Of a DNA stretch of 64,000 bases, positions 9,486 to 19,851 are shown piece by piece. Both the position numbers and the translations under genes were made by a program. The first letter of the stretch is position 1, and each line of letters starts with the position of its first letter. The stretch is from Gemmatimonadaceae bacterium (GTDB lineage Bacteria > Gemmatimonadota > Gemmatimonadetes > Gemmatimonadales > Gemmatimonadaceae). The notes below the pieces were generated by a model. The model had not been told where the DNA came from. It worked only from the letters and a program-made list of their open reading frames with translations, and did no database searches. The stretch spans positions 1-64,000 of the forward strand of contig JBGAJQ010000005.1 in assembly GCA_044224875.1 (NCBI GenBank), in the 5' to 3' direction.

Positions 9486-10981
9486 TTCTGTCGTCCGGGC
9501 GCGCGTTGCCCGCGAGATGCCTCGCGGGTGATCCCGATTCCTGGCGCGACGCCGTCAACAAGCTGACCGTCGCGAACGACCGGCACACCATTCACCAGCA
9601 CGAATGGGATGCCGCTGGACGCTTGCTCAGGTATTTCGAATGTCGCGCGGTCAATCACGGTGCCGGGATCGAAGATCGTGATGTCGGCGTCGGCCCCGAC
9701 CTTGAGCCGCCCCTTTCGTCGCATCGCGGGCGAGTAAGCTTGTAGGCGCCGTGCCGGAAGGAGTGTCATGCGTCGAATCGCATCCATGAGCGGAATCACC
9801 TGTTCGTCGCGGACCAGGCGACCGAGCACTCGAGCGTACGTGCCGGCGCCCCGTGGATGGCCGGTATTGTTGACGATCTCGACGCCGTCGCTTCCGATCA
9901 TCACGCCGGGTGTGCGCAGCGCAGCGTACATCGCGTCCTTCGGGATGAGGAAGATCACGATCGGACCGCCCATGCGGCGGTACTTCATGAACGATTCCGG
10001 AGTGAGCCGCTCGCCGGTCTTCACGTAGAGGATCGCGTCCTCTCTTACGCCGAGGCGCTCCTGCCACCCCGGATCGAAGATGGCGGCCTGGATGCTGGTG
10101 GAAGCCGCTTCATACGGGTAGAGCTCTGTCGTCACGTCTACCCCTCGCTTGCGGGCTCCTTCGATCAGCTCCAACACGGCGGGGGTCTCGCGTAAGCCGG
10201 TGCTGGTCACGTGCACGATGTGGAGCGCCGAGCCCGTCGCGACGGCATCGGCAATGACTTCCTGGGCCGCGTCAATCGAGCCCTGATTCACGGTGAGTCC
10301 GGCGTGGCGCACGTGCACGAACGATGTGACCCCCGCCTTCGCCGATGTCTGGAAGACGCGCAGGATCTCGTCGCGACCCGCCGCCGGTGTATACGCCAGC
10401 CCCAGTCCGATGCCTAACGCCCCTTCGCCCAGCCCCTGTTCGATGCGCTGTTGGATCTGGGCGATCTGGTCGGGGGTCGCACGCTGGTATGCCCATGGAT
10501 TGTTGAACACGATCGTGTCCTGCGAAGTCTTGGCGTCGGCGAGCGTGCCCGTCGATTGGACCACGGTGCCTCGGACCCCGCCGTGACTCACAGTGGCGCC
10601 GAAGTTGATCAAAGACTTTCCCGCTCGCTCGGCATACCACTCGGGCACGGGCCACACACCACCCTCGGCCTCCAGCGCCGTCGTGACTCCGTCGCGAGCC
10701 GCGAACTGATAGCCAGCCGGAGTCTGCCAGTGCACGTGAAGGTCGATGAATCCCGGCGCGACGACGAGGCCCTTGGCGTCGATCGTGTCCTTGCCGACCA
10801 GCGGGCCCTTGCTCATCGCGGCGATGCTGGTGCCACGGATTCCGAGGTTGCGTAGCGCATCCACGCCAGACTCCGGGTCCATCACTCGGCCGTTCAGGAT
10901 CACGCGGTCGTACACGGGGCCTTGGGCGATCGCCGTGGATGTCGCGAGCACGGATGGGAGGAGTGTCCGCAGGAGGCGCAT
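9482..10981 (-). CDS. Amidohydrolase family protein (D-aminoacylase/dihydroorotase-like), secreted
   Basis: APGFIDLHVH, GSDG, HPRGAGTY and KGRLKVGADADITIFD; signal peptide from MRLLRT. Confidence 0.85.
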   Translation of the reverse strand: MRLLRTLLPSVLATSTAIAQGPVYDRVILNGRVMDPESGVDALRNLGIRGTSIAAMSKGPLVGKDTIDAKGLVVAPGFIDLHVHWQTPAGYQFAARDGVTTALEAEGGVWPVPEWYAERAGKSLINFGATVSHGGVRGTVVQSTGTLADAKTSQDTIVFNNPWAYQRATPDQIAQIQQRIEQGLGEGALGIGLGLAYTPAAGRDEILRVFQTSAKAGVTSFVHVRHAGLTVNQGSIDAAQEVIADAVATGSALHIVHVTSTGLRETPAVLELIEGARKRGVDVTTELYPYEAASTSIQAAIFDPGWQERLGVREDAILYVKTGERLTPESFMKYRRMGGPIVIFLIPKDAMYAALRTPGVMIGSDGVEIVNNTGHPRGAGTYARVLGRLVRDEQVIPLMDAIRRMTLLPARRLQAYSPAMRRKGRLKVGADADITIFDPGTVIDRATFEIPEQASSGIPFVLVNGVPVVRDGQLVDGVAPGIGITREASRGQRAPGRQN

Positions 10982-11052
10982 GGCGTGTAGCGAGAGGGAG
11001 TGATCCAACGAGAGAAGGCACCGCACGAGTCGCGTGACGGTCGGTGGCCGCG

Positions 11053-13713
11053 TCAGCGAACGTCGAATGTACCACGCAATCGGATGTCCTGCGACGACGC
11101 GCCGATGAGGACGCGAAAGGAGCCGGGCTCCACCACCCATTGCATCTGGTCGTCAAGCATCTGCAATTGATCGCGCGACAGCTCAAAGGTCACCTCCGCG
11201 CGCTGGCCTGGTTGCAGGTGCAGTCGCTGGAATGCCGCCAGTTGCATCACGGGGCGTGCGAGGGTAGCCAACAGGTCACGCACGTAGAGTTGCACCACTT
11301 CATCGCCGGCGCGCGAACCAGTGTTCTGCACCTGGCACGAGATGCGCGCGGGTTGTCCCTGACGAACGTCACCGGGTAAGATTCGGAGGTCGGAGTACGC
11401 AAAGGTGGTGTAGCTGAGACCGTAGCCGAACGGGAAGAGCGGTCGGCCGGTTTGGTCGAGGTAGTCGTCCCCTCGTCCGGTCGGGAGGTGATTGTAGACG
11501 AGTGGCAATTGACCTTCACTGATCGGAAAGGTCAGTGGCAGCCGGCCCGCCGGGTCGACATCGCCGAACAGGGCCTCGACAACGGCCGTACCGCCTTCGG
11601 AACCGCCATACCACATGTCGACGATCGCATCGGCGTCATCGCGCCATGACTCCATCGTCACAGCGCTGCCGCCGACCAGCACCACCACCGTGGGCGTTCC
11701 AGTGGCGGCGACGCGGCGCACGAGCTCCTCCTGTCGGCCGGGAAGCCGCAGCATAGACCGATCGCGGAACTCGCCCTCTTCGAGGCCCACGACCACCACG
11801 GCGACTGTGCTACGGCGCGCCGCCGCCACCGCTTCCGCGATCGGGTCCGGGCCGTCGCGAGCGACACCCGCGTCCCATACCAGCTGCAACTTTGTTCCGC
11901 CCGTTCGTTCGTGATATTCCAGGCGAACATCGTGCCGTGACCCGGGCGCGAACGACACGGGAGTGACGCGGGTGCCAAATGAGACCTTTCGCCATTGGTC
12001 AATCCGCAATCGCCCGTCGATCCAGAGGCGGTACCCGTCATTTCCGGTGACGCCTAACCGGTGCACGCCTGCCTTCGGGGCCGTCAGGGTTCCATGCCAA
12101 CGCACCGAGAACCAGTCCGCTGGCAACTCGGGAGCCGGTCCGTATAGAGTCCATGAGAAGGCAACCTGTGGGTCCACCCGTGTGAGACGCGGGGTGCCCT
12201 CCAAGTCCGGGTTGTCGAAGTACTCGGCGCGAATCCCGGACTCCAGAATCCCGTTCTCGCTCGAGGAAAATTGGCTCGGAGGAATCGCCATGTACTCGTC
12301 TGCGCGTCGACCGGGACCTGGTGCATAACGCACGCGTCGCGCGCCGAGCCGTGCCACCAGTGCCTCGCGAATAGAGACGGTGTGCAACGGCGAGCCACTG
12401 TACCCTCCCAGCAGCGGCGTCGCCGCGTCCTCGCCAATCAAGGCCACAGATGGCGTTCGGTGGCGCAGAGGCAACACGTCGTCGCGATTCTGGAGCAAGA
12501 CCAACGACTTCCGCGCCGCCTCCAGCGACAAGGCGCGGTGGGACGCGTCCGCGGCCACGCGCGCCGCGCGATCAGGGTCGACGTACGGTGACTCGAAGAG
12601 GCCCAGCTCGAACTTTGCGCGTAGCACGCGAGCGACAGCGGCGTCGATCGCCGTGCCATTGATCGCGCCACTGGTAAAGGCCGTCAGGTATGGCCGATGC
12701 TGTTCCCAGGAGGTTTGAAAGATGACGTCGAGCCCGGCCTCGATTGCGCGCTTTGCCGCGGTGGCGGTGGACGCTTCCGTCATGTGCAACACCGTGGCGC
12801 CACCGGTCGCCGCGGCGTCGGAGATCGCGAACCCGGCGAATCCCCATTCGCGCTTGAGCTTCGTGGAAAGGAGCCAGGGGTTCTGCGTCGCCGCCAGGCC
12901 ATCCACGGAGTTGTACGCGCTCATGATGGAGCGTGCACCGGCGCGCTGTACGGCGTCCCGGAACGGTGGAAAGAAATACTCATCCATCCGGCGCTCGCTG
13001 AATGCGATGGGATAGCTGTCGCGTCCCCCGTCTCCGACGTTCGCAATGAAGTGCTTTGGTGTGGTAACGACGCCGGCCGCCTCAAACGGCGCAATAAAGG
13101 CCCGCCCCATGCGCGACACGAGCCACGGATCTTCACCATACGTCTCTTCGACGCGCCCCCAGCGCGGATCAGTGGCGAGATTCAAGACGGGGGACAAGAC
13201 CTGCCGGATGCCGCGGGACCGTGTTTCCTCCGCGACTGCAGCCGCAACGCGCTTGACGAGTGCGGTATCCCACGTCGCGGCCAGACCTATCGCTTGCGGA
13301 AAGACGGTGGCGCCCGGTCGCACCAGCCCATGCAACGCTTCCTCGAACGGGACGATGGGAATGCCAAGCCGAGTCTGCTCGACGAAGTATCGCTGGATCG
13401 CATTGATGCGCTCCGCATCGGCCCGCGCGATCGCCGAGTCGCTGGTTCCCGAGGGCGGAGGTACCTGGAGGCCAAAGGCCCCGTGCGAGTAGTCGTGCGA
13501 CGGGTTGCTGAGGTCCCCGGGAAGCATGAACAACTGCCAGAACTTTTCCTCGATGCTCATCCTGCCTAACAAGTCGGCCACTCGCTCACCCACTGGGCGA
13601 CTGGCGTCCCGATAGGCCGGTGCTTGCGCGTGTGACGGGCGGGCGAGCGCGGCGCTCAGGGCAGCGACACATAGCGCGCGAGGGAGCCGAAGACGCACGA
13701 AAGGCAGAGTCAC
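11053..13713 (-). CDS. GH3 beta-glucosidase with PA14 insert and Fn3-like C-terminus
   Basis: EEALHG, DPRWGRVEETYGED, KHF, ISD nucleophile, PA14 (FSVRW..DGYRLWIDG), PFGYGLSYT and GDEVVQLY; GTG start estimated. Confidence 0.92.
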   Translation of the reverse strand: MTLPFVRLRLPRALCVAALSAALARPSHAQAPAYRDASRPVGERVADLLGRMSIEEKFWQLFMLPGDLSNPSHDYSHGAFGLQVPPPSGTSDSAIARADAERINAIQRYFVEQTRLGIPIVPFEEALHGLVRPGATVFPQAIGLAATWDTALVKRVAAAVAEETRSRGIRQVLSPVLNLATDPRWGRVEETYGEDPWLVSRMGRAFIAPFEAAGVVTTPKHFIANVGDGGRDSYPIAFSERRMDEYFFPPFRDAVQRAGARSIMSAYNSVDGLAATQNPWLLSTKLKREWGFAGFAISDAAATGGATVLHMTEASTATAAKRAIEAGLDVIFQTSWEQHRPYLTAFTSGAINGTAIDAAVARVLRAKFELGLFESPYVDPDRAARVAADASHRALSLEAARKSLVLLQNRDDVLPLRHRTPSVALIGEDAATPLLGGYSGSPLHTVSIREALVARLGARRVRYAPGPGRRADEYMAIPPSQFSSSENGILESGIRAEYFDNPDLEGTPRLTRVDPQVAFSWTLYGPAPELPADWFSVRWHGTLTAPKAGVHRLGVTGNDGYRLWIDGRLRIDQWRKVSFGTRVTPVSFAPGSRHDVRLEYHERTGGTKLQLVWDAGVARDGPDPIAEAVAAARRSTVAVVVVGLEEGEFRDRSMLRLPGRQEELVRRVAATGTPTVVVLVGGSAVTMESWRDDADAIVDMWYGGSEGGTAVVEALFGDVDPAGRLPLTFPISEGQLPLVYNHLPTGRGDDYLDQTGRPLFPFGYGLSYTTFAYSDLRILPGDVRQGQPARISCQVQNTGSRAGDEVVQLYVRDLLATLARPVMQLAAFQRLHLQPGQRAEVTFELSRDQLQMLDDQMQWVVEPGSFRVLIGASSQDIRLRGTFDVR

Positions 13714-13777
13714 GAATAAAGAGGAACGTGAAGGGCTTGGGGGCGGTAACGGCGAACGGGCGCGGTCGCCGCGGCTG

Positions 13778-15088
13778 CTACTGACGACGCTTGCCACGTC
13801 CCATCTGTGCGATCTCGTCCTCCTCGACGGTGGATGGCGCACGCGAGCGGGCCAGGCGTGCCGGGACGAGTGCTTGAGAGCCAAAGCGCTCGCGCACGCG
13901 GTCGAGCGTACTGGCGATGGCGCGGTCGCGCTTGGTCTCACCCTCCTCGCTCGTCGGCTCAAACAGCGGCATCTGTACCGGTTCATCGCTGTCCACCAGG
14001 GACGACAGTCCCACGCCAAGGAGTCGAGCCGGGATGCGACGTGCATGACGGAGCTTGGCCAGCAGGCCGCGCGCCGTCTCCAGGATCACGCGGTCGGCGA
14101 TGACCGGACGGTCGAGCGTCTGCGAGGCGCGCCGCGTCTTGAAGTCGCGATCTCGCAGCTTGACCGAGATGGTCGACGTGGCGAGCCGCTTCGAGCGCAG
14201 GTCGCCGCACACACGATTCACTAGTCGCACCAATTCTCGCGTGAGCGCATCGTCGTCACCGATGTCATGGTCGAAGGTCTCCTCGCGACTCACGGACTTC
14301 TGGAGTTCGGATGCGTGGACGTGCGCGCTGGCGATTCCACGGGCACGTTCGTATAGCCATTGTCCCTCGCGCTCGCCAAAGCGTCGCACCAACTCGGGTT
14401 GCGGGACAGGAAGAATGTCTGTCACGTGCACGAACCCGGCGCGCTCCAGCCGTTCCTTGAAGCGCGGCCCGATGCCGGGAATATCGCCCAGTTCCACACG
14501 CTGCATGAACGCCAGTTCTTCGCCAGGCGCAACAATAAGGACGCCCGTGGCATCGGTGTTCGGACGTGGCTTCGCGAATTCCACCGCCAGTTTGGCGATC
14601 AACCGATTGGTGCCGCCCCCGATGGAGACGGCGAGCTCCGTCGACTCCCGAACTGCGTCGCGGATGCGGCGCGCCGTCGCGGTCAGCGATTCGGCACGGT
14701 ACAGGGCCTCGGTGCCGGTGAGATCCAAGTACCACTCGTCGATACTCGCGGCCTCGACGATTGGTGTGTATCGCGCCAGGACGCGCGAAATCTCGCGACT
14801 CTTGGCCGAACAGGCGCCGCGCGGGACGGGAACACTGAGGGCGTTCGGGCACAGCCGCATCGCCCGACTGATCGGCATGCCGGAGCGCACGCCAAAGGCC
14901 CGCGCCGAGTAAGACGCCGAGCACACCACGCCGCGGCTTCCCGCCGCGCCACCGACGATCAGGAGGTCCGCGCGGCCCGCTCCGTCAGGATCAACCGCTC
15001 GGGCGACGGCCACGAAGAATGCGTCGGCGTCCACCAGCAGGATCCGCCGGACCGAACCCGCCCCCTCACCGACGCCGGCTGGCGTCAT
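13778..15088 (-). CDS. dinB: DNA polymerase IV (Y-family)
   Basis: VDADAFFVAV, SYSARAFGVRSGM, SIDEWYLD, IPGIG and KSVSREETF. Confidence 0.92.
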   Translation of the reverse strand: MTPAGVGEGAGSVRRILLVDADAFFVAVARAVDPDGAGRADLLIVGGAAGSRGVVCSASYSARAFGVRSGMPISRAMRLCPNALSVPVPRGACSAKSREISRVLARYTPIVEAASIDEWYLDLTGTEALYRAESLTATARRIRDAVRESTELAVSIGGGTNRLIAKLAVEFAKPRPNTDATGVLIVAPGEELAFMQRVELGDIPGIGPRFKERLERAGFVHVTDILPVPQPELVRRFGEREGQWLYERARGIASAHVHASELQKSVSREETFDHDIGDDDALTRELVRLVNRVCGDLRSKRLATSTISVKLRDRDFKTRRASQTLDRPVIADRVILETARGLLAKLRHARRIPARLLGVGLSSLVDSDEPVQMPLFEPTSEEGETKRDRAIASTLDRVRERFGSQALVPARLARSRAPSTVEEDEIAQMGRGKRRQ

Positions 15089-15097
15089 ACGAGGTCG

Positions 15098-16768
15098 TTA
15101 GGTTGCGGGGACGGCCGGTGTGTGCGAGGTGCCTCGTGCCGATGGATCGTGTACGCCATAGTGGTCCTTGTGCTGCTCGCGCAAAGCGGACTTCAGGAAT
15201 TTACCCGCACTCGTCTTCGGAATGGCGGCGACGATCACCACCTCGTCCGGCACCCACCATTTCGCGAAGCGGTCCGCCAGAAACATGCGCAAGTCATGCG
15301 GCGTGGCCGTTTGCCCTTCCTTCAGCACCACTACGGCCAGCGGACGTTCATCCCACTTGGCGTGCGGTACGGCGATCACGGCGGCCTCGGCCACGGCCGG
15401 ATGGCCCATGAGCGCTCCCTCCAGTGCCACGGAGCTGATCCATTCTCCACCAGACTTCACCAGGTCCTTGGCGCGGTCCTGGATGGTCACGTAGCCATGC
15501 GTATCGATCGTGACGATGTCACCGGTGCGGAACCACCCGTCGGGGGTGAAGGCCTGGCTTCCCTCGTCCGTATTGTAGTAGCCGGCCGCCACCCAAGGCC
15601 CGCGAACCTCCAGTTCGCCCATCGTGGTGCCATCCCACGGTGCCAGTCCGGCCTCGGTGCGGGCGCGCACCTCCACGAATGGCACCGGGCGTCCTTGCTT
15701 GGCGCGATATGCCCACTGCGTGGCGTCGTCCTGAAGCTCCAATTGGGTCGTGAGTCGCGAAACCGTGCCTAACGGTGACGTCTCGGTCATGCCCCACGCG
15801 TGCACGATCTCCAAGCCGTGCCGTTCCTTGAACCCGCGCATCATCGCCTCGGGGGCGGCAGACCCTCCCACCACCATCGACTGCAGGCTCGAGAGATCAT
15901 AGTGGCCCGGCTGGGCGTCCAGCTTCTGCAGGATCCCCAGCCAGATGGTCGGTACGCCAGCCGTCAGCGTCACTCGCTCCGTCGCCAGCAGATCCAACAG
16001 ACTGGTGGGATCCAGGTGCGGCCCGGGATGCACTTGTGCGCAGCCCGCCATGGTGCAGAGGTACGGAAGTCCCCAGCAGTTCACGTGGAACATCGGAACG
16101 ACGGGCAGCACCACGTCCTTCTCTCCGAGCCGGAAGCAGTCGTTCAGGGCCAAACCCATCGCGTGCAGGGTCAATGACCGATGGGAGTACAACACACCCT
16201 TTGGCTTTCCGGTGGTCCCCGACGTGTAGCACATGGCCGCCGCGCGCTGCTCGGGGACGTCCTCGAACTCGTAGTCGTCCGATTCGGCATCGATCAACGT
16301 CTCGTAGTCGATCGTCCCGTCAGGTACATCACCATCGTCGGACATCACCACGACGTGCTTCACATTCACCCGCGGCGCGATGCGCTCCCAGAGCGACCAC
16401 AGCACCTTGTCGACGAGCACCACGCGATCTTCGGCGTGATTGCAGATGAACGTGATGTCATCCGGGTGCAGGCGGAGATTGAGCGTGTGCAGCACCGCGC
16501 CCGACGACGGCACCGCGAGGTACGCCTCCAGGTGTCGCCAGTGATTCCACGCCAACGTACCCACGCGGTCGCCGGGGCGCACCCCCAACCGCTTGAGCGC
16601 CGACGCAAGGCGGCCGGCGCGTCGAATGCACTCGAGGTACGTGGTGCGGTGGATACTGCGGTCCGCCCGCCGCGAGACGATGGCCTTCCCCGGATGCAGC
16701 GCGCGAGCTCGTCGCACCAGAGCAGAGGTGCACAAGGGTACGTCCATCATCATTCCGTTCATGTTCAA
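15098..16768 (-). CDS. Long/medium-chain fatty acid--CoA ligase (AlkK/DmdB-like)
   Basis: YTSGTTGKPKG, HAWGMTETSP, TGD, DRAKDLVKSGGEWISS and PKTSAGK. Confidence 0.92.
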   Translation of the reverse strand: MNMNGMMMDVPLCTSALVRRARALHPGKAIVSRRADRSIHRTTYLECIRRAGRLASALKRLGVRPGDRVGTLAWNHWRHLEAYLAVPSSGAVLHTLNLRLHPDDITFICNHAEDRVVLVDKVLWSLWERIAPRVNVKHVVVMSDDGDVPDGTIDYETLIDAESDDYEFEDVPEQRAAAMCYTSGTTGKPKGVLYSHRSLTLHAMGLALNDCFRLGEKDVVLPVVPMFHVNCWGLPYLCTMAGCAQVHPGPHLDPTSLLDLLATERVTLTAGVPTIWLGILQKLDAQPGHYDLSSLQSMVVGGSAAPEAMMRGFKERHGLEIVHAWGMTETSPLGTVSRLTTQLELQDDATQWAYRAKQGRPVPFVEVRARTEAGLAPWDGTTMGELEVRGPWVAAGYYNTDEGSQAFTPDGWFRTGDIVTIDTHGYVTIQDRAKDLVKSGGEWISSVALEGALMGHPAVAEAAVIAVPHAKWDERPLAVVVLKEGQTATPHDLRMFLADRFAKWWVPDEVVIVAAIPKTSAGKFLKSALREQHKDHYGVHDPSARGTSHTPAVPAT

Positions 16769-16895
16769 CCTCCGACGTGGTGGGCCCGCGCGTGGAGAAA
16801 GTGGATCGCCGTGGGGAACTCAGCAAGACAGACGCGCACTTTCGGAGCGGCGCGTGAGCGGCCAAGTTCACGACGTCTGCAACACCCTCGAGCAC

Positions 16896-17789
16896 ATGCG
16901 CTATTGCTACGTCGCTGCCTTCCTCACCGGATTCCTCCCTTCCTTCGTACTCGGCGCGCAGGGCACGCCATCGCCCGATGTATTTCTGGTCGGGATTCGG
17001 CAGGAGAACGGGTCACTGATGCTGACGGGCGTCGTGAAAAACGTGACGGCGCGAGCAGGATACGACAATCAACCGTCGTGGTCACGTGATGGGAGTGCCA
17101 TCTACTACACGTCGACGCGTGACGATGCCCAGGCGGACATCTATCGGTTCGACATCGCGAGCGGGACAGACAGCCGGATCACCCACACGGCTCCGGAGAG
17201 CGAGTATTCGGCCACGCTCATGCCCGATGGGACCGCCATTAGCGTGATCCGCGTGGAGCGTGACTCGACACAACGCCTGTGGCGCTTTCCATTGGACGGC
17301 GGCGCACCGACGGTGATCCTGCCGGCGTTGAAGCCGGCGGGATATCAGGCTTGGCTCGGCGACCGCACGCTCGCGGTGTTCGTGCTGGGATCGCCGAATG
17401 CCTTGGTGCTTGGCGACGTCCGCACGCAATCCGTCGACACGGTGGCCCGGCGCATCGGCCGCTCCTTGCATCGGATCCCCGGCAGCTCGCACCTTTCATT
17501 TCCGCAGTTTGAGCCGGACAGCGTGGTCGCCGTCATGGAGCTTGACCCGGCGACGCGAGCGTTGTCGCGCCGCGCCCCACTCCCTCGCGGCGTTGAGGAT
17601 TACGCGTGGACCCCCGACGGACGGCTGATCGCGGGCGAGGGAAGTCGTCTGGTTCAGTGGACCGGATCGGCGTGGGCCCCCATCGGGGACCTTGGCAGCG
17701 CCGGGCTTACGCAGATTACGCGGCTTGCCGTCTCACCGCGCGCGGATTGGATCGCCGTCGTCGCGATCCCGGGTAGCGGAGCTCGTTAG
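16896..17789 (+). CDS. TolB-like/PD40 beta-propeller secreted protein
   Basis: Signal peptide; YDNQPSWSRDG and AWTPDG blade repeats. Confidence 0.75.
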   Translation: MRYCYVAAFLTGFLPSFVLGAQGTPSPDVFLVGIRQENGSLMLTGVVKNVTARAGYDNQPSWSRDGSAIYYTSTRDDAQADIYRFDIASGTDSRITHTAPESEYSATLMPDGTAISVIRVERDSTQRLWRFPLDGGAPTVILPALKPAGYQAWLGDRTLAVFVLGSPNALVLGDVRTQSVDTVARRIGRSLHRIPGSSHLSFPQFEPDSVVAVMELDPATRALSRRAPLPRGVEDYAWTPDGRLIAGEGSRLVQWTGSAWAPIGDLGSAGLTQITRLAVSPRADWIAVVAIPGSGAR

Positions 17790-18319
17790 GCCGACTTGCG
17801 GAAGCAAGGCTTCTTGGCCGTGTCGACGCCTCGCCGGCGAAGCTCGGCGTATCGCGCGAGCTTTTCGGGGTAGCGCGCCAGCGACGCGCGCCGGTACCCA
17901 AGCGACTCGAAGAATCCCGCAGCCCGGGAGACGGCGAAAAGCTCCTCGACGCCGCGCCGCCGTGCCATTCCTTCGACACCACGCACCGCCAAGGTCCCGA
18001 GGCCGTGACCCTGTGACGTCGGTGATACTGCGACCGCGGCGACCTCGGCCACCGACGGCGAGTACTCCTGAAGCGCGGCGCACGCAACGACGCGATCGTG
18101 TCGATCCACGACCACAACGTACGAGTCGATGCCAATCGTGACGTCATCCAGTGAACGCGGAAGCAACTCTCCCGCCGTGAAGCTGGAGAGTAGGGCATGA
18201 ATGTCGGCCACATCTGAAAGCACGGCGGACCGCACGGCATGCGTGGCGCTGAGACCCGTACGCCGAGGTCCCAGTGGCAACGTCCCGGTCTTCGGCGAGC
18301 GAACTGCCAGATTATGCAT
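17786..18319 (-). CDS. GNAT N-acetyltransferase, short ArgA-type (amino-acid N-acetyltransferase); start uncertain
   Basis: LLPRS, ACAAL, AEVAAVAV, QGHGLG and FFESLGY resemble short ArgA; ARG boxes upstream. Confidence 0.75.
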   Translation of the reverse strand: MHNLAVRSPKTGTLPLGPRRTGLSATHAVRSAVLSDVADIHALLSSFTAGELLPRSLDDVTIGIDSYVVVVDRHDRVVACAALQEYSPSVAEVAAVAVSPTSQGHGLGTLAVRGVEGMARRRGVEELFAVSRAAGFFESLGYRRASLARYPEKLARYAELRRRGVDTAKKPCFRKSA

Positions 18320-18339
18320 AGATAATGCATAAATAGGCA
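18305..18339. promoter_or_regulatory. Tandem ArgR (ARG-box) operator
   Basis: TGCCAGATTATGCA (18305-18318), 7-bp spacer, TGCATAAATAGGCA (18326-18339). AT-rich island at the 5' end of the argA-like gene. Confidence 0.7.
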
Positions 18340-18418
18340 CGACCCTTCCTGCAAGTCCTCGCGACCACGCCCTTCGCGATCCTGGGAAGGCGATGACCTG
18401 AGAGAGCCCCTTCGCGCC

Positions 18419-19411
18419 CTAGGCGATTCGCAGCACCAGCTTCCCGATATTCGTGTTGGACTCCATTCGACGATGCGCATCGGCGATGCGATCCAGCGGG
18501 AAGACCGAATCGACAGACGGACGAAGCTCGCCGGACGCAAGACGCGGCATGACGTCGCGATCGAAAGCGCGTGCCACAAGGATCTTCTCTTCGAGCGAAC
18601 GCGCTCTGAGCACCGTGCCGCGAATGGTTAGGCGCTTGCCGAGGACCCGACCGAGTTCAATCGTCGCGCGAGGCCCCGCGACCGTTCCGATGAGCATCAA
18701 GCGTCCCTTGAGGCCTAGCACCTCGATACTCGGCGCGACGTAGGCGCCGCCTACCAAGTCGCAGACGATGTCGAAGCCGCGGCCCGCGGTCCACCGTCCC
18801 GCGGGAACGATCATTCCTTCCGGGTCTGTCCCCACGACCACTCCGTCTTCCAGGCCAAAGCTCCTGGCGGATTCGATCTTGTCCGCCGTGCGCGACGTGC
18901 CAAAGGGGATGGCGCCCCACGCGCGTGCGAGCTGCGTGGCAGCGAGTCCCACGCCGCTCCCAACGGCATGAATGAGCACGGACTCACCGCTGCGCATGCC
19001 GGCCTGCATAACGAGTGCGTCGTGTGCCGTGATGAACGCCTCCGGAGCGGCGCCCGCCTGCTCCCACGTCAGTCGGTCCGGGACGCGCAGCACCGTATCC
19101 TCGTGTGTGACGAGGTACTCGGCGTGTGCGCCCCCACCAACCAGCCCAAACACGCGGTCACCGACTGCCCACAGGGACTGCTGAGGGCCAACCGCTGCGA
19201 CTTCGCCGGCGAACTCGATCCCCGGGATGTCGCGCGGCACGTCGGGAGGCGCTGGATATCTGCCCAGGCGCTGCAGCAGGTCGGCGCGGTTGAGTGCGCT
19301 CGCATGCACGCGTACCAGGATCTCGCGCGGGCCGGGTTCCGGTGCGGGAACGTCCTGGATTTCCAGGACGTCGGGATCGCCAAAGCGGGTAATGACGGCG
19401 GCGCGCATCAC
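18419..19411 (-). CDS. NAD(P)H:quinone oxidoreductase (PIG3/MDR family)
   Basis: NRADLLQRLGRYP, GIEFAG, AVGSGVG and GKLVL. Confidence 0.9.
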   Translation of the reverse strand: MMRAAVITRFGDPDVLEIQDVPAPEPGPREILVRVHASALNRADLLQRLGRYPAPPDVPRDIPGIEFAGEVAAVGPQQSLWAVGDRVFGLVGGGAHAEYLVTHEDTVLRVPDRLTWEQAGAAPEAFITAHDALVMQAGMRSGESVLIHAVGSGVGLAATQLARAWGAIPFGTSRTADKIESARSFGLEDGVVVGTDPEGMIVPAGRWTAGRGFDIVCDLVGGAYVAPSIEVLGLKGRLMLIGTVAGPRATIELGRVLGKRLTIRGTVLRARSLEEKILVARAFDRDVMPRLASGELRPSVDSVFPLDRIADAHRRMESNTNIGKLVLRIA

Positions 19412-19560
19412 GCAAGGCTCGTGAGTGGGTGTCGAACGGGGCGTCGCGGAGGAAGCTGGACCTGGTTACGCGGAAGCGCGAGACGCTTGTCGAAACCCGG
19501 GGCGTTCGCTTTCGTACGGTTCAACGCACGCTGTTGTCTTCCCTTGTCGGACATACGCAC

Positions 19561-19845
19561 ATGTTCAGCATGCTCCTTGGTTTGGCCGTCAGCACGGTCA
19601 TCGCGTATTTCGGATATTCGCAGGCCCGTCGGTTCGTCGCTGGGCGACTTCGCTACGTTGAAGCGGTGAACAATCCGGTGATTCCGCTGCTGGCTGGTGG
19701 GGCCGCGGCGTTGGTGGCGATTCCGATTGCCGGTCTGTTACCGATCGTGACGACGGGGACGGCCATCGTATTTGGCCTCAGCGTCGGCATGGGTGTAGCT
19801 GCCGGGCGCGGTGACATTCGCCGCAGCCTGCCGCCTGGTTCCTGA
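19561..19845 (+). CDS. Small hypothetical membrane protein
   Basis: Three hydrophobic segments; RRFVAGRLRYV; fills an intergenic gap. Confidence 0.65.
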   Translation: MFSMLLGLAVSTVIAYFGYSQARRFVAGRLRYVEAVNNPVIPLLAGGAAALVAIPIAGLLPIVTTGTAIVFGLSVGMGVAAGRGDIRRSLPPGS

Positions 19846-19851
19846 GGCGGG

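Noticed and set aside
13714..14046. N-terminal extension of the GH3 ORF in the track
   Set aside because: It overlaps dinB and is low-complexity; the signal peptide begins near 13713.
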